Assembly: GCA_016931715.1 (NCBI GenBank)
Contig: JAFGEF010000107.1
Coordinates: 21,932 to 85,931 of the forward strand
Source of the DNA: Sedimentisphaerales bacterium
GTDB taxonomy: Bacteria > Planctomycetota > Phycisphaerae > Sedimentisphaerales > Anaerobacaceae
Length of the DNA stretch: 64,000 bases
Direction: 5' to 3'
Below the pieces are notes generated by a model. It did no database searches. It was not told the origin of the DNA and saw only the letters and a program-made list of their open reading frames with translations. Every line of letters begins with the position of its first letter. Within the stretch, counting starts at the first letter, position 1. Shown here one piece after another: positions 29,010 to 38,501 of the stretch. A program made the position numbers and the translations under genes.

Positions 29010-31004
29010 CTAAATCCGAACTTTCAAATTATATACCAGCCATTCAATACAGGCAAGCAATAAAGCCAGACCTGCAAGGAACGGCCATAAAGGTATGTTT
29101 GCCCTGCTTATGGTTTCTTTCTGTGCCGCAATTGTCTGCGAATTCGATATTTCAAGTTCCTTTACAGGTTTTATGTCACTCTCATGTGCATCCAAAAGAT
29201 TAACCACGTAAAAACGCTCTGCGCCGTCTGAAATACTCAGACGGTATTGTCCGACATGACTTGTATCAGCGAAACGGATAATACCGCTCGGGTTGGCCTG
29301 AATATCTTCTTTTTCTCCATCCGATCTGGTAACTTTTGCCTCTAATCCGGGCGATAGCCCTTCAACTGCAATAGGCTCTCCTACTTTAAGGTCATTTTTC
29401 TGCTGCTGCGAAACCTGCAATCCAAGATAGCCTGTCGCGTTATAACAGAATAATACAAAACTCGGCTCAAAAGGCCAGTTTGTTTCGAGAATATCGAATC
29501 CGGCCAGCAGGAAAATGCTCCCGTTTCGTTCCACAAGAGCCAAAGCAGGCGTTTCGCTGAATTCTGCAAGAGTTTCCGCGTCACGCGGCAAACTCATTTT
29601 ACAACATTTCGCCGCGAAAAGATTTATCAAATTAACATAATTTAAAATCGGATGTTTTTGCCTCCAGTCTATAATAACCTGGTTTTCAAGCTGACCGGAT
29701 ACAGCTACATCTATATTATCCGGAGGCTGACCGAATATAATATATCTCCCCTTAGGCAAGTGCTCATTCGTATGATTATCAAGAACAATAACATCATACG
29801 GATTTTCAAATCCAAATGCAGTCTGATCCATCGAATCAAACTTTTCAGGCGGCTGAATTTCAAGTTTTGCCAGAGGACATGCTTTTAACGCCGACTCCAG
29901 AGCCGGATTGTTCGCGGAAACAAGTAAAACAGACAACTTCCTTGGCGGCGAAATTATGGACCAGGCTGTATTGTCGCAATCAAGACAATCCTCGTAAAGA
30001 AGCCTGACTTCAAGTACACCTGATTCAATACCGGAAAGAGAAAAATTCACTGCCGCTTTACCCGGCTCTTCTTTTTTAGTTTCACTGTTTAAGCCCGATG
30101 ACGGCACGGATATATCTCTTACGGCTTTCACGTCACTATCGACACTAAGCTGTAAACTTGTTTCAAGCGGCTTGCCATCATAATTGAAAACTGATGCGAA
30201 TATTTCTATCTCGTCCGGATTTTCATAAGACCTCATAGCCTGCATCGAAGTTATGCCTGCATTTTTGCTGGAATCAACTCCTATCGAGTGATATGTTATC
30301 TCATCAGCTGCAACTGACAGTTCGAGCAAATCGCTGATTCGACCATCACTGAAGAGTTCCAGCTTTGCAGGCTCCTCCTGATTTAAATAATCTGCTTCGT
30401 CGCCCGGTGATTGCGAAAAGGCACGAGCTACGACAATTGCTTCGGATAAAGATGACTTTCCATGCCCCGCTGAAATAGAATCTATCGCGTAAATAAGCTG
30501 TTGTTTATTGGAAGTAAAATTACACATTACTTTAGCATGGTCATCGAAAGCAATAACCATTGTCTGTTCGCTGTCATCTTTTAATGAAAATACCGCTTTT
30601 TGCCGCATTGATTCGACAAAAACCTTCGCCTGCTCCTTTGCTTTCTCAAGCCTGCTCTGCCTGCCTGAATAACCTGACGATGCTTCATCTATTGTATTCA
30701 TGCTCGCGGAACGGTCTATTAATAAAACGTATCTTCGTCCCTGTCCGGTTTTCATGGATAAAACAGGCCATGCTATCGCAAACAATACCGCAAATAATAT
30801 TAATAACTGAAGAAGCAGCAGTATGTTATGTCTTAATTTTTGAAACGGCGCGTTTACCTGCAAATCACGAATGGCGCGCTTCCAAAGCAGGGTGCTCGAT
30901 ACGATATGCTCATGCCGCTTTAATTTCAGAAAATACAAAAGCAGCAGAAGCGGCACCGTAATCAAGGCGGCATAAAGAGCGGTAAATGGTGTCAGCCATT
31001 CCAT
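29010..31004 (-). CDS. BatA-like protein: N-terminal double-TM domain plus VWA domain, with a C-terminal TM
   Basis: The N-terminus reads TPFTALYAALITVPLLLLLYFLKLKRHEHIVSSTLLWK...LLLLQLLILFAVLFAIAWP. The VWA MIDAS-like motif is VLLIDRSASM. The C-terminal anchor is WPFLAGLALLLACIEWLVY. Confidence 0.7.
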   Translation of the reverse strand: MEWLTPFTALYAALITVPLLLLLYFLKLKRHEHIVSSTLLWKRAIRDLQVNAPFQKLRHNILLLLQLLILFAVLFAIAWPVLSMKTGQGRRYVLLIDRSASMNTIDEASSGYSGRQSRLEKAKEQAKVFVESMRQKAVFSLKDDSEQTMVIAFDDHAKVMCNFTSNKQQLIYAIDSISAGHGKSSLSEAIVVARAFSQSPGDEADYLNQEEPAKLELFSDGRISDLLELSVAADEITYHSIGVDSSKNAGITSMQAMRSYENPDEIEIFASVFNYDGKPLETSLQLSVDSDVKAVRDISVPSSGLNSETKKEEPGKAAVNFSLSGIESGVLEVRLLYEDCLDCDNTAWSIISPPRKLSVLLVSANNPALESALKACPLAKLEIQPPEKFDSMDQTAFGFENPYDVIVLDNHTNEHLPKGRYIIFGQPPDNIDVAVSGQLENQVIIDWRQKHPILNYVNLINLFAAKCCKMSLPRDAETLAEFSETPALALVERNGSIFLLAGFDILETNWPFEPSFVLFCYNATGYLGLQVSQQQKNDLKVGEPIAVEGLSPGLEAKVTRSDGEKEDIQANPSGIIRFADTSHVGQYRLSISDGAERFYVVNLLDAHESDIKPVKELEISNSQTIAAQKETISRANIPLWPFLAGLALLLACIEWLVYNLKVRI

Positions 31005-31054
31005 AACTTAATCTTCCTTTTAGTACAACTCTGCGGGCACGGTATCACGATTTA

Positions 31055-31966
31055 TCAGTGCAGGAGGTTAATTCGCCGCAGATATTTTAATACGAGCGTC
31101 TCTATCGAATCAGACGAATTCGCAAGAACATAAACCGCGCCTCTGCGCGCACAAAAATCCTTTAATTCATTACAATAAGCATTCAAAGTTTTTTTATAAT
31201 ATTTTAATAACGCACCTGAGACCGTAATCTCAGCGATATCGGCATCTTCGATATCAATCAATTTCAGTTCTCCCGTTATATCAGGTGAAAGCTCCTGCGC
31301 GGAAAGCACATGGATAACATAAAGGTCATAATTCTGCCCTATAAGGCGGCGAAGACCCGAGTCGTAGCCTTCCTTAAATAAAAAGTCACTGATGACTATT
31401 GTTATTCCGGAGCCGATGCGCCCCGATACGAGCTGCCTGCATGACTTCTCGAAATGTGAAAATCCGTCACATTCGGCAGATATCAGGTAATCAGCCATTT
31501 TATGGAGATAGCTGCGCCCGCGCATATTGGCAAGCTGTCCTTCTATGCCGTCCGCGAAGAAGCTGATTGTCACCCTGTTATTATTCACAAGACTTACATA
31601 ACCCAGCGCGGCAGTCAATTTCTTTATGAAAAGAGCTTTCGACGGCTCGCCAAAACTCATTGACGAACTAAGGTCGGCAACGATATGAACCGTAAGGTCC
31701 TGCTCTTCAAGAAAAAGTTTTAGGAACAACTGCTCCAGGCGGCCATAAATGTTCCAGTCCACGAATCTTAAATCATCACCAGAGACATATGGACGATGGT
31801 CGGCAAATTCCGCGCTGTGCCCCCTTCGCTTGGTTCGGCGTTCTCCGTGAAGTTTGCCCTGCAATATCTTGCGGCTCATCACATCGAGTGAATCCAGCCT
31901 TGCCATAAACTCAGGATCAAGCAGGTCCGTCAGACGTTTGCGTGTTGTGGTTGTTTTATGGTACAT
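31055..31966 (-). CDS. DUF58 domain protein (MoxR-associated)
   Basis: The block GHSAEFADHRPYVSGDDLRFVDWNIYGRLEQLFLKLFLEEQDL is the typical DUF58 core. The gene overlaps the moxR stop by 11 nt. Confidence 0.75.
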   Translation of the reverse strand: MYHKTTTTRKRLTDLLDPEFMARLDSLDVMSRKILQGKLHGERRTKRRGHSAEFADHRPYVSGDDLRFVDWNIYGRLEQLFLKLFLEEQDLTVHIVADLSSSMSFGEPSKALFIKKLTAALGYVSLVNNNRVTISFFADGIEGQLANMRGRSYLHKMADYLISAECDGFSHFEKSCRQLVSGRIGSGITIVISDFLFKEGYDSGLRRLIGQNYDLYVIHVLSAQELSPDITGELKLIDIEDADIAEITVSGALLKYYKKTLNAYCNELKDFCARRGAVYVLANSSDSIETLVLKYLRRINLLH

Positions 31967-33011
31967 TTACTTTTTGTTCCAGTGCAGCAGGTGTATTTTC
32001 TTTTATTTGAGCAAGCAGTTCGTCAGTCGTAATTCCTTCTGCCTGTCCCTCGAAATTCAGCAGAATTCTATGCCGCAGCGTAGGCAATATCGATTCTGCA
32101 ATATCGCCGAAGCTGACATGATAACGCTCATCGAGCAGCGCACGGACTTTTCCCGAAAGCACAAGAGCCTGAACGCCTCGCGGCGAGGAGCCGAAACGAA
32201 CATACTTATTCGTTACTTCCGCCGCAAATTCTCCCTGGGGATGCGTTGCCAAAACCAGGCGTATCGCATAATCCTGTACATGCTCGGCGATTACGACTTT
32301 TCGAACAAGGTCCTGGGCTTTGATTATATCTTCTTTTCCCATGACATTTTGCGCTCTTGTATCATGGCCTGTTGTGGTTCTGTCAATAATCGCTCCAAGC
32401 TCTTTGCGGTTACTGTAAGGCACAAGTATCTTAAAGAAGAATCTGTCAAGCTGCGCTTCAGGCAATGGATAAGTTCCTTCCTGTTCGATGGGATTCTGAG
32501 TGGCAAGTACAATGAACGGCTCAAGCAATTTGCGAACCTGCCCGCCGCTTGTTACAGAATGTTCCTGCATCGCTTCGAGCATCGCAGACTGGGTCTTCGG
32601 CGTTGCGCGGTTTATTTCATCAGCTAAAATAATCTGTCCGAAAATCGGGCCCGGCTGAAACTCGAACCTGCGCCTTCCGGAGGATGCGTCTTCCATAACT
32701 ATATTAGTGCCGATTATATCAGCAGGCATCAGGTCGGGAGTAAACTGGATGCGCCTGAACTCAAGTGAAAAAACATCGCTCAATGTCCTGACCAGCAGAG
32801 TTTTTCCAAGTCCCGGCACTCCTTCGAGCAGGACGTGGCCCCCGCAGAATATGCTGATGAGCACATTATCCACGATTGATTCGTGCCCTACTATGACTTT
32901 GCCGATTTCCTTGCGCAGCGAATCGAATATTTTCCTGAAATCTTTGCATTGTTCTTCGACTTTTTTATCTTCTTTCGTCATCTTATTTATCTCCTGAGAT
33001 TCACTATTCAT
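31956..33011 (-). CDS. MoxR-family AAA+ ATPase
   Basis: Walker A is EGVPGLGKT and Walker B is ILADEINRATPKTQSALLEAMQE-like. The motifs ATQNPIEQEGTYPLPEAQLDRF and GSSPRG are also present. Confidence 0.9.
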   Translation of the reverse strand: MNSESQEINKMTKEDKKVEEQCKDFRKIFDSLRKEIGKVIVGHESIVDNVLISIFCGGHVLLEGVPGLGKTLLVRTLSDVFSLEFRRIQFTPDLMPADIIGTNIVMEDASSGRRRFEFQPGPIFGQIILADEINRATPKTQSAMLEAMQEHSVTSGGQVRKLLEPFIVLATQNPIEQEGTYPLPEAQLDRFFFKILVPYSNRKELGAIIDRTTTGHDTRAQNVMGKEDIIKAQDLVRKVVIAEHVQDYAIRLVLATHPQGEFAAEVTNKYVRFGSSPRGVQALVLSGKVRALLDERYHVSFGDIAESILPTLRHRILLNFEGQAEGITTDELLAQIKENTPAALEQKVNVP

Positions 33012-35955
33012 TTTCGTTTTCTTTTCGAGACTCGCCCGACTTTCTCTTGGCTTTGAGCAGCCTCTGAATATGAGTCACTTCCTCCTGCGGCGCCTTTTTA
33101 GGCTCTTCTTTCCTGGCCGCAGGTTCAGGCGGTTTTTTATCCTGTATCTGTGATACCGGCAGGTCTCCTTTGAATTTTTCATCCGCAGTGTATCTTCTGG
33201 AAGCAGCAGCCTCCTCCGAACGGCTCTTAAACTGGTCCTGAACCTGTTTTCTCTTTAGCTTCAATTTTTCAAGAGTCGGGTCGGCCTTGCGCTCCCGCTT
33301 GAGCATAATAAAATGTACTGCCCTGCGTGACATAGCCTTGAAATCAAGCGCGAGCCTGCGAACGGCGACATCAAGAAGAAATAAAGCCAGCCAGATAAGC
33401 ATTAAAGGTCTTATCATGGGCAATTGAGTTTCCGGGAATTTCAGTCCCGAATAATCAAACAGATTTGCCTGGTTGGGATCAGTGCTTAAAATCCGTCCAT
33501 CAGTTAATTCGCTTACCTGTGTCAGCAAAGGCATATTATCTGAAAGATCGCGGAATTCCGGTGCAAAAGGAATCGTAACCGCCGTATCAGTGACATACGT
33601 TTTATCAGGCTCACCGATTTTTTTATATCTCAAATTCACAATATAGCTTCCGGAACCTTTTGCCTCGAATTTGCCGCTGTATTGGCCCGGCCCAACCTGT
33701 ACAAGCTCAAGGTGTTCGATATCAACATCAGGCGAAATTACCTGGCCATCGATATCCGAAAACTGAATGAATTTCCCCTCATCATCAACTGCTTCCACAT
33801 TGACAGTGACCTGTTTGTCCTGAACATCGGCGGTAACTTCACAATCCGGTGATTGTGCCGGTTTTCCAGCCCATCGAACGACCTGCTCCCAAAAAGTTTC
33901 AAAATTGCTCCATCCGAGCCAGTTAGTCGCCCATCGGCTGTCAATCGAAGATGTGAACGCCGCACATCGGCCCAAACCGGACTGGCATATTGCAAGTACC
34001 GGATCAGACTCCTGACTATTTAGAATCACCTGGTTCAATCCTCCTTTGGGACCGGTAATTACATAACCATCGAGATCAGGAAATCCGGCAGAAAGCCCTT
34101 TTGTTATTTCACTCAGTGAATATACTAATTGTGGCGTAAAAGTCTGTTCATTAATCAAACTGCGCCTTACAACCTGCGCTTCCTTTATAAATATTTGCGG
34201 AAGCTGACTCGGGGTCGTGACATCATACATCCTTCCGCCGGTAAAATCAGCGATTCTTCTGAGTTTTTGCAAATCATATGGATTATTATTATGCGGAAAA
34301 ATAGCGACAGTAGTACATGTTATACCGGATTCGACATATGCCTTTAATAAATCGTCAGAGGGAGGCTGAGGGTCTCCGTCAGTAATGATAATTACGTGTT
34401 TTTGAGAAGCATCACATTTTTTAAGCTCGTTATAAGCCTCCTGCATATGTGCATGAATACTCATCATGTCACCCATCTGCATTATGTTTATTGCCGATTT
34501 GACTTCCTGTTTGTCCCCGACTTCTGATAAAGGAAAGACCCAGTTATCAATCCCGGCGCCCTGCCAGTTATAGGCAAGAATGCCGACCAAATCCAGTCGG
34601 CTTAACGCATCAACCGCCGAAGATGCAACCATTTTACCCCAGTAATTACCCTGGGGCATCTCACAGGCATGCATAACCAGAACCAGGGCGCCTTTCGGCA
34701 GGTCTTTTCTCTGCGGCGGGTCCAAATCCACTGGTAAAATATCCGCTACAGGTGAACCAATCCAGCCGCCGGCGCCGAAAGAACTCGGACCGCCTGTCAT
34801 TACAAGGCCGCCGCCAAGGTCATTGACATAACTGCATATCATATCCTGCTGAGCAAAAGAAAAATTGCTGCAATCCGTATTTACTAAAATTACAGCATCA
34901 GTATCCATCAGCCTTGCCAGATTATCAGGAAATTCCGCTGCCATTATATAACGCACGTCAATATTCGATTCGGCAAGAGCTTTTACCATAGTCTGTCCTG
35001 ACAGGCCGTCTGAATCAACAATCAGGACATGACCCGGACCGGTAACATGAGTTATCGCACTGGCTACATTATTCTGGCTGACTTTATCCTGTGATTCGTC
35101 ATCCGGAATAAAAATCGCTTCAAATTCATGAATACCGCCTGAACCGACAGGCACTGACACTGTCTGGACATTTGTGCCCGGAACCAATTCGACAGGTACA
35201 GTAACATCATCCGAATCAGGGGCAAGGTCTATCTGCTTGTCATTGAGGTTAAGCTGTAATTTGCCTTTGGCGGCGGACGTACTGCTTAGAATAAATCGCA
35301 GAGGAACAGTCTGGCTGCTTCTTGCTCTCGAAGGAGCGACCAGGCGTTTAAACACAACCTCGCTTTTATATTGATACTGTATCGGCAGAATATCAATCGG
35401 TATGTTATTCGCGGCTGCTGTTTGTGCCGCTTGCCTCAAATCTCCCGCTGTTTCGTTGCCTTCGCTGATAAGCAATATTCTCACTGCTGTATTTGGCGGA
35501 GCTATTGCCAAAGCCATTTCAATACCTGCATCCAGTTTTGTCTGCCCGCCTGTGAGTGTTGTATTTCTCTGCCGGACTCCGGAATTAGTTGACGGCAGCT
35601 TTGAAATACATGCTGTTTCAGCCACATCTATAACAGCTACCTGATCAGGCGCAATTTTATCCCCCAATGCCTGCGACAAATATTCAAGGCTTTGATCCTG
35701 AAGCTCCTGCGAAATAGACTGACTGCGGTCAAGCACGATAATTACAGTCAAATGTTTGCTTTTACGCGTTAGAGCAGGTCGGGCAAGCAGCAATACGAGG
35801 AACAATACAACAATACAGCGCAGAATAATCGCGCACCAGCGTCTAAGCGGGCTTAAACTGGTTAGATTTCGCCTGGCCAGCCAGATTATCGGCACTAATA
35901 AAATACATCCCAGCAACCACCATGGCTGACCAAAATAGAATCCGTAATTATACAT
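33004..35955 (-). CDS. large BatA/BatB-like membrane protein: N-terminal double-TM, VWA-like and GATase1-like (DUF1355-like) domains, with a charged C-terminal tail
   Basis: The N-terminus is PWWLLGCILLVPIIWLARRNLTSL...VVLFLVLLLARP, followed by VIIVLDRSQS and VNDLGGGLVMTGGPSSFGAGGW. A late TM is MLIWLALFLLDVAV, and the tail is K/E-rich. Confidence 0.65.
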   Translation of the reverse strand: MYNYGFYFGQPWWLLGCILLVPIIWLARRNLTSLSPLRRWCAIILRCIVVLFLVLLLARPALTRKSKHLTVIIVLDRSQSISQELQDQSLEYLSQALGDKIAPDQVAVIDVAETACISKLPSTNSGVRQRNTTLTGGQTKLDAGIEMALAIAPPNTAVRILLISEGNETAGDLRQAAQTAAANNIPIDILPIQYQYKSEVVFKRLVAPSRARSSQTVPLRFILSSTSAAKGKLQLNLNDKQIDLAPDSDDVTVPVELVPGTNVQTVSVPVGSGGIHEFEAIFIPDDESQDKVSQNNVASAITHVTGPGHVLIVDSDGLSGQTMVKALAESNIDVRYIMAAEFPDNLARLMDTDAVILVNTDCSNFSFAQQDMICSYVNDLGGGLVMTGGPSSFGAGGWIGSPVADILPVDLDPPQRKDLPKGALVLVMHACEMPQGNYWGKMVASSAVDALSRLDLVGILAYNWQGAGIDNWVFPLSEVGDKQEVKSAINIMQMGDMMSIHAHMQEAYNELKKCDASQKHVIIITDGDPQPPSDDLLKAYVESGITCTTVAIFPHNNNPYDLQKLRRIADFTGGRMYDVTTPSQLPQIFIKEAQVVRRSLINEQTFTPQLVYSLSEITKGLSAGFPDLDGYVITGPKGGLNQVILNSQESDPVLAICQSGLGRCAAFTSSIDSRWATNWLGWSNFETFWEQVVRWAGKPAQSPDCEVTADVQDKQVTVNVEAVDDEGKFIQFSDIDGQVISPDVDIEHLELVQVGPGQYSGKFEAKGSGSYIVNLRYKKIGEPDKTYVTDTAVTIPFAPEFRDLSDNMPLLTQVSELTDGRILSTDPNQANLFDYSGLKFPETQLPMIRPLMLIWLALFLLDVAVRRLALDFKAMSRRAVHFIMLKRERKADPTLEKLKLKRKQVQDQFKSRSEEAAASRRYTADEKFKGDLPVSQIQDKKPPEPAARKEEPKKAPQEEVTHIQRLLKAKRKSGESRKENENE

Positions 35956-38501
35956 TACAATCGCCAGACCTGAATTCTGTTATTTCCGGCATCTACCACG
36001 TACACATCTCCATCTTTATTAACTGCTGCGCCCCAGGGATAAGCCAGTTCGCCTGACTGACGCCCTGCTTTGCCATACACACCGACACTTTGTCCCGCCG
36101 GACTGAATAATTGTATCCTGTTATTGCCAAATTCGCAAACAACTAATGTCCCATCTTTTAAAAGAGCAAGACCATATGGATAACGAAGCTGACCGGCGTC
36201 AAGACCCGCAGTCCCGAAATATTCTATCAAAGTCCCGTTAAAATCATAAACTGCAATCCTGTGATTGCAGGCGTCAACTGCATAAAGCCGCTTGCGAGAT
36301 TTATCGACGCACAGAGCCGAAGGTCGTGATAATTGTCCCTGCCCGCTGCCTGAACTGCCAAAAGCATATAAAAAGTCACCCTGCTCATTGAAAACACTGA
36401 TTCTGTCATTTCCGCCATATTCACTTACGAAGATTCTGCCGTCACCGGAAAAAGCAACATCAGTAGGATAAATAAAACAGCCGTTATCCTTTCCGAATTT
36501 TCCCCACTGACGAATGATTTCGCCATTGGGAGAAAAAACTAACACCCGGTAGTAATGAGTATCTGCAACATATAGATTGCCGTCAGGCCCGAACGAAATT
36601 CCAGTGGGTTTACCAGACTCGATTTGGGGCATATCAAACGCGTCTATAAATTTGCCGTTTGGAGAAAACTTCTGGATTCTGCCTGTTTTATCAACAACAT
36701 AAACTGAGCCGTCATCTGCTATATCTATCGCACGGGGGTATTCGAATTCCCCGGGACCTTGTCCGGATTTGCCAAATTCATTTATTACATCCGGCCTGCC
36801 GGACAATGATGAATCGTCATCACAGCCTGATACAGCGAATAAACAAACACAGAAAACCAACACAAATGCCAGCCATCGCAGACGCACTAATCTCAGCAGC
36901 AATACCAAAACAAGAGTCATCAACAGGAAAAAGCTGATTAAAATCAAACATGAAGCGATAACCTGCTGGTCACGTGCATAGTGCATCTGGTTGAGAAGAC
37001 GCTGGGCAAAGTTTGGCAGACCGGGGGGAAGCAATATCATAGTCGCTGCCAATTCTGTCATACTGAACATAATAATCATAATAAAAGCCCCCGTTAGAAG
37101 AGGCCAAATATGCGGCAAATGGATATGCCTGAAAATTTGAAATTGAGAAGCGCCGTCAACAAGAGCCATTTCCGAAAGCGTTTGTCCCTGGGAATATCGT
37201 GCCAGTAAAAGTAAAATCAATGCAACTCCCGCAAATCGACTCGCAAGACCGATAGAAACAATGAACCATCCCTGCCTTATTGACATCGGAAAATTCAACA
37301 CAGCCAAAAACTTCAATATAGAAACCGCAATAATAGAGGCTGGTAAAAACATAACAAGAAAAATCGAACTGCAAACTATTAATGGCAGAATATGAATTCT
37401 GATATAAGAACATATGGTCATAAATGCACAAGCTCCCTTTTTTTGTGGATTTTGTACATCAGTACTCCTGAGCATTTGTGCTGTATTTCCAAGTGAGAAA
37501 GCTCCATAAGCGATTATATAAGCCAATCCTGCCGCTAAAAATGAAATAGCAAAAGACCAGAGTAAATCATCGTAATGAAGTATTAAAAACTGCTTGAACG
37601 GCACAATATCAGAAACATTATAGATAAGAAGTAAAACGGGAATCAGTAACGAAACTCCGACCAGCAGAACTAATACAATCCATTTCCCCCTTTGCGATTT
37701 TTGTTCTATCGTCCCGATTGCTTCATTAGATGATATCCACGTTCTGAAGTTTTTACCCAAAATAACAGCCAGAATTAAAGCGGCTATCGCAACAGGCCGG
37801 GATGCTCGTGCAAGAGCTGCCTCTGAATGTGTTAATTGATAGAGAACTGATAATTCTGTACCGATTGTTTTAACGCCTGCAAGATGAAACGTCGCAAATT
37901 CTGAAAGTGACAAAATAAAACAAGTCCCGAACGCCAGCAATACTGGTCTTCCAAGCAAAGGCAATGTTATATTTCGGAAAATACCTAAATTACCTGCATC
38001 GAGAGACGCACTGTCCCATATCCGGCGGTCGATATTCCGCCATCCCTGACCCAGTAATAACGCAGCCAATGGCCAGTACCACATAATTAAAACCAGTGTC
38101 GTGCTGGATGTCCCTATGAATTTTGCGAGTTCAGTTTTGCCTGATAAATATGCTCCAAGCGAAGTAGTCGGGCTTAAAAGCAGCCACCATGCGTAGTAAA
38201 GCACATAACGCGGCAATACCAAAGGCATTAATAAAAGCAGCAGCAATAAATCTCTGCGAGCATGACAAGTTCCGAAAAGCCTGCCCGGAATCCATCCCAG
38301 CAAAATCGACACTCCGGCAATAATCGCTGATAAAACCAGCGAACGAAAAAGCGAGGAATAAATATCATCGCTTATTTTGACTTTTGCATCCGGATTTAAT
38401 GAAGATATAAAAAGCACAAGCAGCGGCAGTAAAACAACAACAGCCCATATCAATAATGACGCCGCTCTGGAAACTTTTATAAATACACTTTCATTTTTCA
38501 C
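35955..38501 (-). CDS. two-module ABC importer permease (FbpB/ThiP-like) fused to a C-terminal six-repeat NHL beta-propeller
   Basis: About 540 aa are polytopic with two EAA-like permease modules (LDAGNLGIFRNITLPLLGRP and VDGASQFQIFRHIHLPHIWP). The region 35958-36824 encodes six NHL-type repeats (YPRAIDIADDGSVYVVD through YPWGAAVNKDGDVYVVDAGNNRIQVW). The start is GTG, in a GTGA overlap with the SBP stop. Confidence 0.75.
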   Translation of the reverse strand: MKNESVFIKVSRAASLLIWAVVVLLPLLVLFISSLNPDAKVKISDDIYSSLFRSLVLSAIIAGVSILLGWIPGRLFGTCHARRDLLLLLLLMPLVLPRYVLYYAWWLLLSPTTSLGAYLSGKTELAKFIGTSSTTLVLIMWYWPLAALLLGQGWRNIDRRIWDSASLDAGNLGIFRNITLPLLGRPVLLAFGTCFILSLSEFATFHLAGVKTIGTELSVLYQLTHSEAALARASRPVAIAALILAVILGKNFRTWISSNEAIGTIEQKSQRGKWIVLVLLVGVSLLIPVLLLIYNVSDIVPFKQFLILHYDDLLWSFAISFLAAGLAYIIAYGAFSLGNTAQMLRSTDVQNPQKKGACAFMTICSYIRIHILPLIVCSSIFLVMFLPASIIAVSILKFLAVLNFPMSIRQGWFIVSIGLASRFAGVALILLLLARYSQGQTLSEMALVDGASQFQIFRHIHLPHIWPLLTGAFIMIIMFSMTELAATMILLPPGLPNFAQRLLNQMHYARDQQVIASCLILISFFLLMTLVLVLLLRLVRLRWLAFVLVFCVCLFAVSGCDDDSSLSGRPDVINEFGKSGQGPGEFEYPRAIDIADDGSVYVVDKTGRIQKFSPNGKFIDAFDMPQIESGKPTGISFGPDGNLYVADTHYYRVLVFSPNGEIIRQWGKFGKDNGCFIYPTDVAFSGDGRIFVSEYGGNDRISVFNEQGDFLYAFGSSGSGQGQLSRPSALCVDKSRKRLYAVDACNHRIAVYDFNGTLIEYFGTAGLDAGQLRYPYGLALLKDGTLVVCEFGNNRIQLFSPAGQSVGVYGKAGRQSGELAYPWGAAVNKDGDVYVVDAGNNRIQVWRL

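Noticed and set aside
31854-32627. A 257-aa plus-strand ORF antisense to the DUF58 and MoxR genes.
   Set aside because: The opposite strand carries unmistakable MoxR and DUF58 motifs. The antisense product is R/S/L/C-rich and matches no family. It is a typical shadow ORF.
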